This document shows, in pieces, positions 50,005 to 61,633 of a DNA stretch of 62,897 bases (position 1 is its first letter; the number at the start of each line of letters is the position of its first letter). Source of the DNA: an uncultured Clostridia bacterium (GTDB taxonomy: Bacteria > Bacillota > Clostridia > Christensenellales > UBA1242); contig CATKXS010000006.1 of NCBI GenBank assembly GCA_949841045.1, positions 1-62,897 of the forward strand, given 5' to 3'. The notes beneath the pieces were generated by a model, which saw nothing but the letters and a program-made list of their open reading frames with translations, did not search any database and had not been told where the DNA came from. Position numbers and translations under genes: made by a program.

Positions 50005-51369
50005 ATGGCTGAAAACAATAATAAGGGACTTGAAAAAAGGGCGATGAGAAGAATCAACGATTATCTTAATGGCAATCGTGATGATGTCGTGCTTGACATG
50101 GCTTTTCAACTTAACGAAAAGCATATGGAAAAAATTGTACCGCATTTAAAAAAAGAAATTTATGAATATGTAAAGTTTAATCATGAGGACTTTGATGGGA
50201 AAGTTTGCATGAAAGATAGCGCTTATAAAATTATGGAAAATTTTGATACAAATGTATTCAAAATGAGAAATTGGAAACATAAGCCATTTTACTTAAAGAA
50301 AACAGATTTTGACGTTTTGCAGGGTTGTGTCAAAAATATGGTTGATGTGAAGCGTTACAAGACCGACAAGCCAATTTATCAATTTGGCAACACCTTTGTT
50401 TTCCCTGATAATAGAAAGCATGGTGAAAAAAAAGGTGAACATTATAAATCTGACATGCAATTTTATATTTCTCAAAATGAGGATATGTTGTTTGGTAAAT
50501 TTGTAAGTTTAAAATTTAAACCGAAAGAATTAGCTAGTATTAAAAATTTGATTGCTAAAAGTGAAAATAAAAAAGATATTGTTTATAATAGGTATCTTTA
50601 TGACCGCTCTTTAACTATCACGCATTATGTTTTCCTTGATGGCGACCCAAACAAGGCAATGCCGTATATGCGTTATGATAATGACTTATACATTCATACA
50701 AACGTTTTTATTGGCAAAGACAAAAGAAAAAGATATTTTGGAGAATCTGCTGATTGTCCTCATTTCCATTTCCAAAATGAAGATGATGCACTTCTTTGTC
50801 TGCGTAAATTTAGGTCAGGCAAGGATGGAAAGATTAAATATCGCACTGGACGATGCAATGCCATTGATTGTAGGCACTTAAAAGAATATTTGCATCAACT
50901 TGATATGCAATTCCCTGAATATCTTAAAGAACATTCTGATGAATGGGATTTTGGTATGCCTTTCTTAAACTTGAAAGTTGCAGGCAAAAAGATTGATATA
51001 AATGTTGAAAATATTTTTAATAATTACTTGAAATTGAATGGGGGGGGGACCAAGAAGCTTTATGAGGTTAGTCAGTGGCTTGAAGAAACGGCCTCACGCT
51101 CAGAATATAAACAATTTAGTTATAAATATAAAAATTCTACAAATCATTCAAATTTTACAGGTCTTATTAGGGCGTTAGATTTCATTGATTACATAACAAC
51201 TTTAATGAAAGTTAAAATGGACGTTAACACTATCAAAATGCTGTCTGACATTGAAGTAGAAATTGCCAACAGCATAATGAGCGCAATAAACTTAAATAGT
51301 TCAACAAAGACAATGAAAGACGGCAAGCCTAAGTATGTAATTGATATGGATTTTGATGAAAAATCTTAG
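50005..51369 (+). CDS. Hypothetical protein with RYDN..H...PHFH motif
   Basis: GAGGT RBS; long ORF; no confident family. Confidence 0.65.
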   Translation: MAENNNKGLEKRAMRRINDYLNGNRDDVVLDMAFQLNEKHMEKIVPHLKKEIYEYVKFNHEDFDGKVCMKDSAYKIMENFDTNVFKMRNWKHKPFYLKKTDFDVLQGCVKNMVDVKRYKTDKPIYQFGNTFVFPDNRKHGEKKGEHYKSDMQFYISQNEDMLFGKFVSLKFKPKELASIKNLIAKSENKKDIVYNRYLYDRSLTITHYVFLDGDPNKAMPYMRYDNDLYIHTNVFIGKDKRKRYFGESADCPHFHFQNEDDALLCLRKFRSGKDGKIKYRTGRCNAIDCRHLKEYLHQLDMQFPEYLKEHSDEWDFGMPFLNLKVAGKKIDINVENIFNNYLKLNGGGTKKLYEVSQWLEETASRSEYKQFSYKYKNSTNHSNFTGLIRALDFIDYITTLMKVKMDVNTIKMLSDIEVEIANSIMSAINLNSSTKTMKDGKPKYVIDMDFDEKS

Positions 51370-51454
51370 AAAAGTGGCTTAGCCACTAAATATTAAATAA
51401 ATAAAAAAAAGTGGATTTAATGTCCACTTTTTTTACACCAAATTTTAGGAAAAC

Positions 51455-52750
51455 TTATTTTTCAATCTCGATTATAAAACTTTCGATTTTTTTCGCCCAT
51501 TTTTCAGCCATCTTTTTGGACTTATGTTCGCACATAATCCTGACTTTGCTTTCTGTTCCGCTTGCGCGTACAAGGACACGACCGTCACTTCCAAAGAGGC
51601 GTTGGGCTTCGAGAATGGTAGAGGAGAGTCCATCAGAATTTAGAATTCGATACTTATCTATAACCTCTACATTAATAATATATTGCGGATAGTGTTTGAA
51701 TGTTACAAGTTTTGATAAACTTATATTATTCTTTTTGACAATTTCGGCAATGGTGAGGGCAGTGAGTACGCCATCGCCAGTTGTTGAATAGTTGAAGTTG
51801 ATAATATGCCCAGAAGGCTCACCACCGATTATGGCGTTTTTGCTTTTCATAAGTTCAACCACATATTTGTCGCCAACGTCAGCTCGCAGTAAGTTTAGCC
51901 CTTGCTTGTTTAAACTGACCTCAAGTCCTTTGTTTGTCATGCTCGTGCCAACTATGCTTTCGCCACGCTCAAGGTCTTTAGAGAGGATAAATAAAATGTC
52001 ATCACCATCAAGAATTTCACCTTTTTCATTGCATGCAATAATTCTGTCTGCGTCTCCATCAAAAGCAAAGCCCATGTCAGCACCATTTTTGATAACCGCT
52101 TTTGAGATTTCTTCTGGATAGAGTGCGCCACATTTGTAATTTATCTTTTTGCCATTTTTACCATTATTTAAAACAATAACTTTTGCGTTAAGCGAAGAAA
52201 ATATCTCTTTGGCAATGCTGAAAGATGCGCCATTTGCAAGGTCTAATACAATTTTTAACCCGCTTAAATCTATTCGATTTTTTAAAATGTTATTTTTATA
52301 TTTTCGTGCTAAGCGAGGACGATTGTAATATCTTCCAACTTTGTCAGCGCTAAGTTCGTTTGTTATTAAAAGTTTTCTCTCAATGATAGATTCAAGTTCT
52401 TCACTTATTTTAAAACCTTCATTATTAAAGATTTTAATTCCGTTGTAGTTGCGAGGGTTGTGACTTGCGCTTATAACTATTCCATAGTCAAGTTTTAACT
52501 CTTTTGTTAGATAGGCGATGACTGGTGTAGGAGCTATGCCAATATCTATGACGTCTACGCCATGACTCATAATTCCACTTGCGACAGAAAGGGTTAAAAG
52601 AGAACCGCTTCTTCTTGTATCTCTTCCAATTAAAACTTTTTTCTTATTACATTGACTGCCTAAGCTGTTTCCAACTTTATAGGCTATGCTAGGGGAGATG
52701 ACTTCTCCGTAAATGCCTCGAAAGCCATCTGTTCCAAAATATACTCCCAT
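51455..52750 (-). CDS. glmM: Phosphoglucosamine mutase
   Basis: YFGTDG.RG, SASHNP, FDGDADR, GGEPSGH, VRASGTE; true ATG at 52750 overlaps the upstream stop. Confidence 0.93.
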   Translation of the reverse strand: MGVYFGTDGFRGIYGEVISPSIAYKVGNSLGSQCNKKKVLIGRDTRRSGSLLTLSVASGIMSHGVDVIDIGIAPTPVIAYLTKELKLDYGIVISASHNPRNYNGIKIFNNEGFKISEELESIIERKLLITNELSADKVGRYYNRPRLARKYKNNILKNRIDLSGLKIVLDLANGASFSIAKEIFSSLNAKVIVLNNGKNGKKINYKCGALYPEEISKAVIKNGADMGFAFDGDADRIIACNEKGEILDGDDILFILSKDLERGESIVGTSMTNKGLEVSLNKQGLNLLRADVGDKYVVELMKSKNAIIGGEPSGHIINFNYSTTGDGVLTALTIAEIVKKNNISLSKLVTFKHYPQYIINVEVIDKYRILNSDGLSSTILEAQRLFGSDGRVLVRASGTESKVRIMCEHKSKKMAEKWAKKIESFIIEIEK

Positions 52751-53373
52751 TATTTCTCCTTTTTCCAATATTTTTTTGCTCTGCCAGGTTTGCTTTCTTG
52801 TCTGACTCTTCCTATGACAAAGTCTTCGACATTGACATTTTCTGTAACTGTTGTACCTGCACATATGTAACTATCGTTTTCAATCTTGACTGGTGCAATT
52901 AGGTTTGAGTTTGAACCTATAAAAACGTGGTCGCCAACAGTTGTTTGTGATTTGTTTTTGCCGTCATAGTTGGCAAAAATCACGCCACAACCAATATTAC
53001 AATCCTCACCAATTATGGCGTCACCAACATAGGCGAGGTGACTTATTTTTGTTCCATTGCCAATAGCACTATTTTTTATTTCAACAAAATTGCCAATTTT
53101 GCAATTGTTTTTAATAATTGAATGAGGTCTTAACCTTGCATAAGGCCCAACTTTTGAGTTGTTGCCAATCTCACAATCTTCAACAACGCTCGTATGAAGA
53201 GTGCAGTTTTCTCCAATCTTGCTATTTGAAATAAAGTTGTTGGGAAGGAGAGTTGTGTTGTCTCCAATTTCACATTCGCCTTCAATGTGGTTGTTTTCAT
53301 AAATCGTTACATTTTTGCCGAATTTAACATTTTTGCCAATAAAACAGCTATTTTTGTTTAAAAATTTTGTCAT
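52750..53373 (-). CDS. glmU: GlmU acetyltransferase (left-handed beta-helix) domain only
   Basis: VGPYARLRP, GNFVEIK, SHLAYVGDA, NYDGKNK; AGGAG RBS; no uridyltransferase domain. Confidence 0.8.
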   Translation of the reverse strand: MTKFLNKNSCFIGKNVKFGKNVTIYENNHIEGECEIGDNTTLLPNNFISNSKIGENCTLHTSVVEDCEIGNNSKVGPYARLRPHSIIKNNCKIGNFVEIKNSAIGNGTKISHLAYVGDAIIGEDCNIGCGVIFANYDGKNKSQTTVGDHVFIGSNSNLIAPVKIENDSYICAGTTVTENVNVEDFVIGRVRQESKPGRAKKYWKKEK

Positions 53374-53496
53374 ATTTTCTCCTGTTATAATTTTAAGTTC
53401 AGTATCATATATGGATATATATTAATAAGTTTGAGAAAATGTCAAAAAAACGTTTGAAAAAGACTGGTTATTGTGATAAAATAATAAAGAAGTTAT

Positions 53497-53570
53497 GCAG
53501 GTATAATTTAGCGGTAAAATGTACGCTTCCCAAGCGTGATTCACGGGTTCGACCCCCGTTACCTGCTCCA
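53497..53570 (+). tRNA. tRNA-Gly(CCC)
   Basis: gcaggta/tacctgc acceptor stem, tacgc-ttCCCaa-gcgtg anticodon arm, GGTTCGAC T-loop, encoded CCA. Confidence 0.95.
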
Positions 53571-53878
53571 CATTAACTAAGTGAAAAGTCTTCTTTCTGA
53601 GAATGCTGTTTATTTAACAAAATACGCAGCATACAGCGGTAATTAGTGTAGTTTAGACACAAAATGCGGGAATTTTGCTTTTTGCATGGCTTTTTGAAAA
53701 ATAAAAAATGTCTTCATTTTGAAATGAAAAGTGTTTTTGAATTTTGATTTTTATTAAAAATTGGTAGTTTTGGAGAGAAATCAAAAAAAATCAAAATTTT
53801 TTGAAAAATCAAAATAAATCAAAAAAATCAAAACAGATTTGAGGAATGTGTGATATAATAATCAAAAGGAGTTGTGAA

Positions 53879-54517
53879 ATGAAACTATTTGGGAGATTGA
53901 GATCAAAGAAGACGAATAAATGGTATAAGGAAAATGAAAATTATGAGGTATGGTGGTTAGACAACCCAGATCAAATAGGAGAATATGTGTTTAGTTTTGA
54001 TAAGAAAACAAAGTTTAATCTATTTGCGGATTATCCACATAAACTAACACCGAAACAAAAAGAGATTTTTGATAAAGAAAATCCATATTGGAAAGACTTT
54101 TTCAAAGATAGATGCAAAGAAGAGCAGACATTAAAAAATGATTCCAATTCTGTTTGGGAAAAACACAATAAATTAATGAATTTATTGAATAAGTTGGAAA
54201 CTGAAAAACTATACACATCAACAGAAAGTGACAGCCTTTTTTCGGGGCATTATGATTATAATCCTGTAATATGGGATGTTTTCGATGAAGTTGGCGTAAA
54301 TGACCCTAAGTATAAATCTTATGACAATTATCTTGCTAAAAAAGACATACATAAACTGTCATCGCGAGAAATTGTTGAACAGTTTTTATTTTGGAAAAGA
54401 GGTGAAAGGTTTTGTGAGGGTACGATTGCAGGAGCAATTGACAAAGGGGACTTTGTGAATCTTTTTAAAAAATTTATTGCATACAATAATCCTCGAAATA
54501 ATGAATGGGTTGATTAA
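53879..54517 (+). CDS. Two-domain hypothetical protein (C-terminal DUF6508-like)
   Basis: N-terminal FSFDKK.FNLF.DYP...ENPYW; C-terminal RGERFCEG.IA.AI..G; AAGGAG RBS. Confidence 0.6.
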   Translation: MKLFGRLRSKKTNKWYKENENYEVWWLDNPDQIGEYVFSFDKKTKFNLFADYPHKLTPKQKEIFDKENPYWKDFFKDRCKEEQTLKNDSNSVWEKHNKLMNLLNKLETEKLYTSTESDSLFSGHYDYNPVIWDVFDEVGVNDPKYKSYDNYLAKKDIHKLSSREIVEQFLFWKRGERFCEGTIAGAIDKGDFVNLFKKFIAYNNPRNNEWVD

Positions 54518-54539
54518 AAAATTAAGAAGGGAAATAAAT

Positions 54540-55343
54540 ATGTTAGGAGCGATTGTAGGAGACATTGTAGGCTCAATTTATGAATTTAACAATATCAGAA
54601 GAAAAAATTTTCGATTGTTTAACCCTTATTGCCATTTTACTGATGATAGCGTGATGACTTTTGCTGTTGCTGAAGCTTTGAGAAAAACCAAAAATAAAAA
54701 CTTTAAGAATCTTGGCAAGCAGGCAATAAAGGAAATGCAGAAATTTGGCAAGTTATATCCTTATGCAGGCTATGGAAATACTTTTAGAAACTGGCTGAAA
54801 GATAAGAATCCACAACCTTATGGTTCTTATGGAAATGGTTCGGCGATGAGGGTGAGTCCAGTGGCTTATTGTGCCAAATCTTTAGAAGAAGTTAAATCTC
54901 TTTCAAAAGCCGTGACTATTGTCTCACACAATCATACCGAAGGAATTAAAGGTGCAGAAGCAACCGCTATTGCAATCTGGATGGCACTAAATAAACATAG
55001 CAAAGAAGAAATGAGAAAATATATAGAAAAGAATTATTATAAACTCACCTTTGATTATGAAGAATTGAAACAAAAATATTATTTCAATGAAACTTGCCAA
55101 AATACAGTTCCACAAGCAATATATTGTTTTTTGATTAGCAATGATTTTGAAGATTGTTTAAGAACAAGTGTTTCTATTGGTGGCGATACGGACACTTTGT
55201 GTGCTATTTCTTGCGCAATAGCCGAAGCTTATTATGGAATTCCAGAGAGAATTCATAATTCTGCGGTGGGATATTTGGACAAGAAATTAACAAAAATTTA
55301 CAATAAGTATTATAAGTCAAGCACTAATCGAACTGATTTTTGA
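54540..55343 (+). CDS. ADP-ribosylglycohydrolase
   Basis: MLGAIVGDIVGS.YE, FTDDS, GNGSAMR, GGDTDT. Confidence 0.92.
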   Translation: MLGAIVGDIVGSIYEFNNIRRKNFRLFNPYCHFTDDSVMTFAVAEALRKTKNKNFKNLGKQAIKEMQKFGKLYPYAGYGNTFRNWLKDKNPQPYGSYGNGSAMRVSPVAYCAKSLEEVKSLSKAVTIVSHNHTEGIKGAEATAIAIWMALNKHSKEEMRKYIEKNYYKLTFDYEELKQKYYFNETCQNTVPQAIYCFLISNDFEDCLRTSVSIGGDTDTLCAISCAIAEAYYGIPERIHNSAVGYLDKKLTKIYNKYYKSSTNRTDF

Positions 55344-55428
55344 TTTTCGCAAAATCAAACGGAAAAAATCAAAACCGCAAAATCTAATGTGGAAATCAAA
55401 AACAGACATTATGGAGTGCAAGCCCAAA
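55339..55428 (+). repeat. Cassette-end repeat copy 1 (palindrome + AAAATCAAAA boxes + 26 bp core)
   Basis: tttgattttCGCaaaatcaaa at 55339-55359; cagacattatggagtgcaagcccaaa at 55403-55428. Confidence 0.8.
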
Positions 55429-55655
55429 AAAATACACCAAATATAGTGGTGTATTTATATTATAAAATACGTTATATTTTGTAATTTATTTAGGAACATT
55501 TTAGGAACAAAAAGTATTAATTTTTGTATTTAAAAGGTCTATAGAAAATATTGCTACTTTGAAATTTACTATAATTTCAATTCTATAAATCAATGCAAAT
55601 ATAAAGATAATGATAAAAAATGGATTTGTTATGAAATGAAATTTGGAGTAAAATT

Positions 55656-56249
55656 ATGAGTAGATTTAATGATTATATTTTAAAATCTTATGAAGAGTAC
55701 ATTAGTTTTAATAAAGATATATTAAATTTAATTTTGTCTGAGCTCGAATGTAAGCACATTCTATGTAAAAATTTTGATAATAAAATTTTCGTAGATTTGG
55801 CTTTAAAGGTAGATTATAAATGGGTTGTTTTTGGCTCACATAGAAATTTAAAAGAAGAAGATAGGATTCCGTTTGAAATTAATAGAATTAAAGATATGTC
55901 AAAATCTACAATCAGCAGAGCGGTAAGAATAGTTAAGACAAGTAATGGTAAATATTTTGCAGATAATACTCATTGGGTTTTAGCATATTTGAAAAGGTTT
56001 GGAGAGAACACGAAATTAAAAGATATACCTTTTTATTTGGTGGATTTTAGTCATAAAGTACCACTGATAGTAGATGTCAACAATTCTGTTATAAAGAAAG
56101 ATGAGGATATGAGAAATGCAGTCAATGCAGCAGGAGATGTGGAAGAGCGTATAGAAAAAGGTTGGCGACCAAATAACGTGGTGTATGTAATTAAACAATT
56201 TGAATGTGAAATCAAAAGATTTGAAGAAAATTGTTTAGAAAAAGAATAG
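55656..56249 (+). CDS. Hypothetical protein
   Basis: GGAG RBS, 197-aa ORF lying between the two repeat copies. Confidence 0.6.
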   Translation: MSRFNDYILKSYEEYISFNKDILNLILSELECKHILCKNFDNKIFVDLALKVDYKWVVFGSHRNLKEEDRIPFEINRIKDMSKSTISRAVRIVKTSNGKYFADNTHWVLAYLKRFGENTKLKDIPFYLVDFSHKVPLIVDVNNSVIKKDEDMRNAVNAAGDVEERIEKGWRPNNVVYVIKQFECEIKRFEENCLEKE

Positions 56250-56253
56250 TAAT

Positions 56254-56394
56254 TTTTGATTTTCGCAAAATCAAAAGGGCTGTCGCATTATCAAACAGAA
56301 AAAATCAAAATCGCAAAATAAGCTCTTTGGGCTTGGCGTTCGCCGACAAGTCGGCTCGGCTACAAAAGCAGACATTATGGAGTGCAAGCCCAAA
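56254..56394 (+). repeat. Cassette-end repeat copy 2
   Basis: ttttgattttCGCaaaatcaaaa at 56254-56276; identical 26 bp core at 56369-56394. Confidence 0.8.
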
Positions 56395-56445
56395 TAAAAA
56401 ACCCACCAAGAAAGGTGGGCTTTTTCATAGATGTTTTTATATTGG

Positions 56446-57858
<1,413 letters not shown>

Positions 57859-57980
57859 ACGTTGTTTCCTTTTAGGTAGAAAAATTGTTCCTTTTAGGTA
57901 GAAAAAATTCTACCTATAACATACTATTCATAGTATAAAATAATTGTTTGTAAAAAAAGTTAAAAAAATTTAAAATTTTA

Positions 57981-58036
57981 TTGACAATTGAACGGTTGTT
58001 CAACTATAATGTTAATAGTTGAATGATTTTTCAACT
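57981..58036 (+). promoter_or_regulatory. cad promoter with two ArsR/SmtB operator palindromes
   Basis: TTGACA at 57981, TATAAT at 58005; ttgaac-ggtt-gttcaa and agttgaa...ttcaact inverted repeats. Confidence 0.75.
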
Positions 58037-58048
58037 AACGGAGAGGTT

Positions 58049-58426
58049 ATGGGAAAAAATGAATTTGAATGTGACTGTGATGTTATCCATGAAGATAGGG
58101 TAAAACTCGCAAAGAAAAATATGATTGAAGAAGAGACATTACTTTTAATGGCTGATTTATATAAAGCTCTTTCTGATAGTACACGTATTAAGATTGTTGC
58201 CATTTTAGGGGAACAGGAGATGTGTGTTTGTGATATTGCGGTATTACTTAATATGACAAAGTCGGCAGTCTCGCATCAACTTAAAAATTTGAGGGAAATG
58301 GAGCTCGTTAAATGTCGAAAAGAGGGTAAAGTGGTGTTTTATTCACTTGCAGACGAGCATGTTAAACAGATTTTTAATATAAGTTATAGTCATGTAATGG
58401 AGGAGAAAATTGAAGGTAAAAATTGA
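58049..58426 (+). CDS. cadC: ArsR/SmtB metalloregulator
   Basis: CDC..IH, KALSDSTR, EMCVCDIA, SAVSHQL, VFYSLADEHV. Confidence 0.85.
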   Translation: MGKNEFECDCDVIHEDRVKLAKKNMIEEETLLLMADLYKALSDSTRIKIVAILGEQEMCVCDIAVLLNMTKSAVSHQLKNLREMELVKCRKEGKVVFYSLADEHVKQIFNISYSHVMEEKIEGKN

Positions 58427-60485
58427 GGGCCTTGACTGTCCAAACTGTGCGAAAACGCTTGAGAGGCATATAAATAACTTAGGGAGCGTTAAAAGCGCGA
58501 ATATAAACTTTTTAAAATCTTATATTGAATTTGAAAGTGAAAACGAGAATCAGGCTATTAATGATATAATCTCGCTTACTGCAAAAATTGAACCAGACGC
58601 AAAAATCATTTATAGCAATTCTAAAGGTAAGCGAAAATGGAGTTTACTAATAGATTTCTTGGTTTTGCTATTTGGTATAGGAATTGGTCTTTTTGCATTA
58701 TATTTTAAACCCTTGCCTGTTTGGGCGTTCTGGACAATGTATGTTGTGAGCGCGCTTGTTATCGGATATAAAACCTATTATAAAGCACTCAGGCTTCTAT
58801 TAAAAGGCACTATAAATGAAAACATGTTGATAACATTGTCAGTAATCGGTGCGGCAGCGGTTGGCGAACGTTTTGATGGACTTATGGTTGTGTCATTATA
58901 CACTATAGGAAAGATTCTTGAAGGGCTTGCTATAAATAAATCTAAAAAATCAATCGAAGAGTTGACAAACTTCAAGCCTGAGTATGCAATGCTTATCACT
59001 AAAGAGGGAGAAAAGAGAGTTTTGCCTTCCCAATTAAAAATAGGTGATGAGATTATGGTAAGGCCAGGCGAAAAAGTGCCGGTTGACGGAATTATTATTG
59101 AGGGCAACGCCTCACTTGATATGCAAAGTTTGACTGGCGAGAGCTTGCCTTCGCATGCAGGCGAAAATAATGAAATTTTATCTGGTTCTATAGTTTTAGA
59201 TGGCACGCTCAAAATAAGAGTGGCAAAAGAATATAGAGAAAGTACTGTCAATAAAATTATTGATTTAATTGAAAACGCGACCGAAAAGAAGTCGAAGGCG
59301 GAGACTGTAATATCGAAGATTACAAGGTGGTACACACTGGGTGTAATTATATGTGCTGTGCTTGTTTGGGGAATTGTTTGGGCTGTGACTGCTAATTTTT
59401 CAACAGCCATTTATAGAGGTCTTATATTCTTAGTTGTTTCTTGTCCATGTGCGTTTGCTATATCTGTTCCGCTTGCATACTTTTCGGGGCTTGGAAATGC
59501 TTCAAAACAGGGAATTCTTATCAAAGGTTCAAACTTTTTAGATAGTTGCGCAAAGCTTAATATGATTGCGTTTGATAAGACGGGGACGCTGACTACTGGT
59601 ACATTTGAAATAAAAGAAATCCTTTCTTGTGATGAAAAATTAACAAAAGAAGATATTCTTTATCTTGCTAGTCTTGGCGAGCAATATTCCTTGCATCCAC
59701 TAGCTAAATCAATTGTAAATGCTTGCCAAAGAGAATTAATTCCGCTTGACAATGTAAAAGAAATTGCTGGCGAGGGTGTTCAATTTACCTTTGAAAATAA
59801 GAATTACTTCGTTGGTCGCAGAGCAAAGGATTTAAGCGGAACGGTGGTTGAGGTTTACGAAGAAGATAGAAAACTAGGGCAAATTGTTCTGGCTGATAAG
59901 ATTAAACCAAATTCAAAATATGCGTGCGAACTTCTTAAAAGTTTAAACGTCAAAACAATAATGCTTTCAGGTGATAACAATTCGGTTGCCCAAAATGTTG
60001 CAAAAGAGATTGGGCTTGACGAATATTATGGACAGCTTTTGCCACAAGATAAATTTAACTATATTGAAAAAGCAAAAGGGGACGCAAAAAATAAAATCGG
60101 TTATGTTGGTGACGGACTTAATGACGCGCCTTCATTGACACTTGCTGATGTTGGGTTTAGCATGGGAATAAAAGGCAACTCTGCAAGTATTGAGGCCTCA
60201 GATGTAGTGATTGCGACTGATAATATTGAAAAGGTCGCCCAGTCTATTAAAATATCAAAATATACAAGAGCGATAGTTTGGCAAAATATAATTTTGTCAG
60301 CGCTTATTAAAGTTGTGTTTTTAACTCTTGGTGCTTGTGGCGTCACAGGTATGCTTGAGGCTGTAATAGCTGATGTGGGAGTTACCCTTGTTGCTATATT
60401 GAATAGTTTAAGAGCGCTTCATTATAAACCATATAAAAAAGAAAAAGTTAAGGAATGCGATAAATCAATTTGTGAAAGCATTTAA
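58410..60485 (+). CDS. cadA: Heavy-metal (Cd/Zn) P1B ATPase
   Basis: GLDCPNC, TGES, SCPC, DKTGTLT, HP, GDGLND. Confidence 0.9.
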   Translation: MKVKIEGLDCPNCAKTLERHINNLGSVKSANINFLKSYIEFESENENQAINDIISLTAKIEPDAKIIYSNSKGKRKWSLLIDFLVLLFGIGIGLFALYFKPLPVWAFWTMYVVSALVIGYKTYYKALRLLLKGTINENMLITLSVIGAAAVGERFDGLMVVSLYTIGKILEGLAINKSKKSIEELTNFKPEYAMLITKEGEKRVLPSQLKIGDEIMVRPGEKVPVDGIIIEGNASLDMQSLTGESLPSHAGENNEILSGSIVLDGTLKIRVAKEYRESTVNKIIDLIENATEKKSKAETVISKITRWYTLGVIICAVLVWGIVWAVTANFSTAIYRGLIFLVVSCPCAFAISVPLAYFSGLGNASKQGILIKGSNFLDSCAKLNMIAFDKTGTLTTGTFEIKEILSCDEKLTKEDILYLASLGEQYSLHPLAKSIVNACQRELIPLDNVKEIAGEGVQFTFENKNYFVGRRAKDLSGTVVEVYEEDRKLGQIVLADKIKPNSKYACELLKSLNVKTIMLSGDNNSVAQNVAKEIGLDEYYGQLLPQDKFNYIEKAKGDAKNKIGYVGDGLNDAPSLTLADVGFSMGIKGNSASIEASDVVIATDNIEKVAQSIKISKYTRAIVWQNIILSALIKVVFLTLGACGVTGMLEAVIADVGVTLVAILNSLRALHYKPYKKEKVKECDKSICESI

Positions 60486-60552
60486 ACTAAAAACCTGCCA
60501 TTTAATGGTAGGTTTTTGTTTTCCTATGTGTTATACTACTTAAAAGGGGATT

Positions 60553-61500
60553 TTGAAGAAAAGATTGAAAGGAAGCCATTTTGAAGTAAATTATCAAATT
60601 TCAAAGTTTTTTAAAAGCAAGCTTGACGGAATCAATTTAAAGAAGCTCTCAAGCCAAAGAGTTCAAAAAATATTGGATTTACTTAAACAATATCCTTTTA
60701 TTTTGCAAGAACTGGAAGGAAGAAGTGAAGGCTTTGGAGTTGGGCTTGATGAATTTCTATATTTGACTTCTTATGAAGTTGAAAAATTAGAAGAGGAAAA
60801 ATGTTCTGATATTTTGGCGGTGAATGGTGATAAAAGATTCATTATCCACAACGAAGATGGAAGGGATGAAGTTGAATTTTTTATTTGTGAGTATGAGGAC
60901 AAAAATGTGTTAGATTTGGCTTGTTATGAAACATTGCACGGCTCAACATTTTCGGCTACAAAAGATATTATTTTTTCAATCAATTTTATTTACAACATGA
61001 GATATAATCTCGACAATGATTTGCCAACTTGGATTTTTACACGAATATTACTTTCCTGCGATGATATTGACAAGGTCATGGAAGTTTTAAATAAATATTC
61101 AATTTGGGGCTCTGTTTCAATAAATCTTCTAGACGTAAAAGAAAATAAATTATATTCCATTGAAAAAAGCCTAAAAGAATTTAGTATAATAGAGATTGAA
61201 AGCGTTTACTTTCATACAAATACGCTTATTCATGATGAAATGCAAAAGTATAATTTTTTGCCAGATAACATAAATACTTCTCATGCGAGATATGACAAAA
61301 TTAAAGAACTGTTAGCATTGAAGAAATTTTCCTATGAGGAGATAATGCTTTATAATAATGGAAATGATTATGATAGCGTTAGAATGCTAGGCGAGAATAA
61401 AAATCATAGTAAAACTCAGGCTACTATTCGATTTGATAACAAAAAGATTGAGGTGCTCGGAAATAGAAAGGAAACAATTTTTATAAAAAATTTATTATGA
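60553..61500 (+). CDS. C45-family Ntn hydrolase/acyltransferase
   Basis: EKCSD (autoproteolytic Cys), HNED, HTN motifs. Confidence 0.7.
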   Translation: MKKRLKGSHFEVNYQISKFFKSKLDGINLKKLSSQRVQKILDLLKQYPFILQELEGRSEGFGVGLDEFLYLTSYEVEKLEEEKCSDILAVNGDKRFIIHNEDGRDEVEFFICEYEDKNVLDLACYETLHGSTFSATKDIIFSINFIYNMRYNLDNDLPTWIFTRILLSCDDIDKVMEVLNKYSIWGSVSINLLDVKENKLYSIEKSLKEFSIIEIESVYFHTNTLIHDEMQKYNFLPDNINTSHARYDKIKELLALKKFSYEEIMLYNNGNDYDSVRMLGENKNHSKTQATIRFDNKKIEVLGNRKETIFIKNLL

Positions 61501-61633
61501 AATATTCAAAGTTAAAAATTTTTGCATTATTTTTGTGAGATAAAAACAGACGATGATTTTGTCTGTTTTTTTATTTTTGTTGTCTTATTAATAATATTTA
61601 ATCAATGTTGTTGATTTTTTCATAAAAACTATT

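Noticed and set aside
52751-52864. N-terminal extension of glmM in the ORF track
   Set aside because: It overlaps glmU; the true ATG with RBS is at 52750.
55656-56249. ParB/Srx-like domain (ADNTHW resembling DGHHR)
   Set aside because: The motif match is too weak to call without a profile search.
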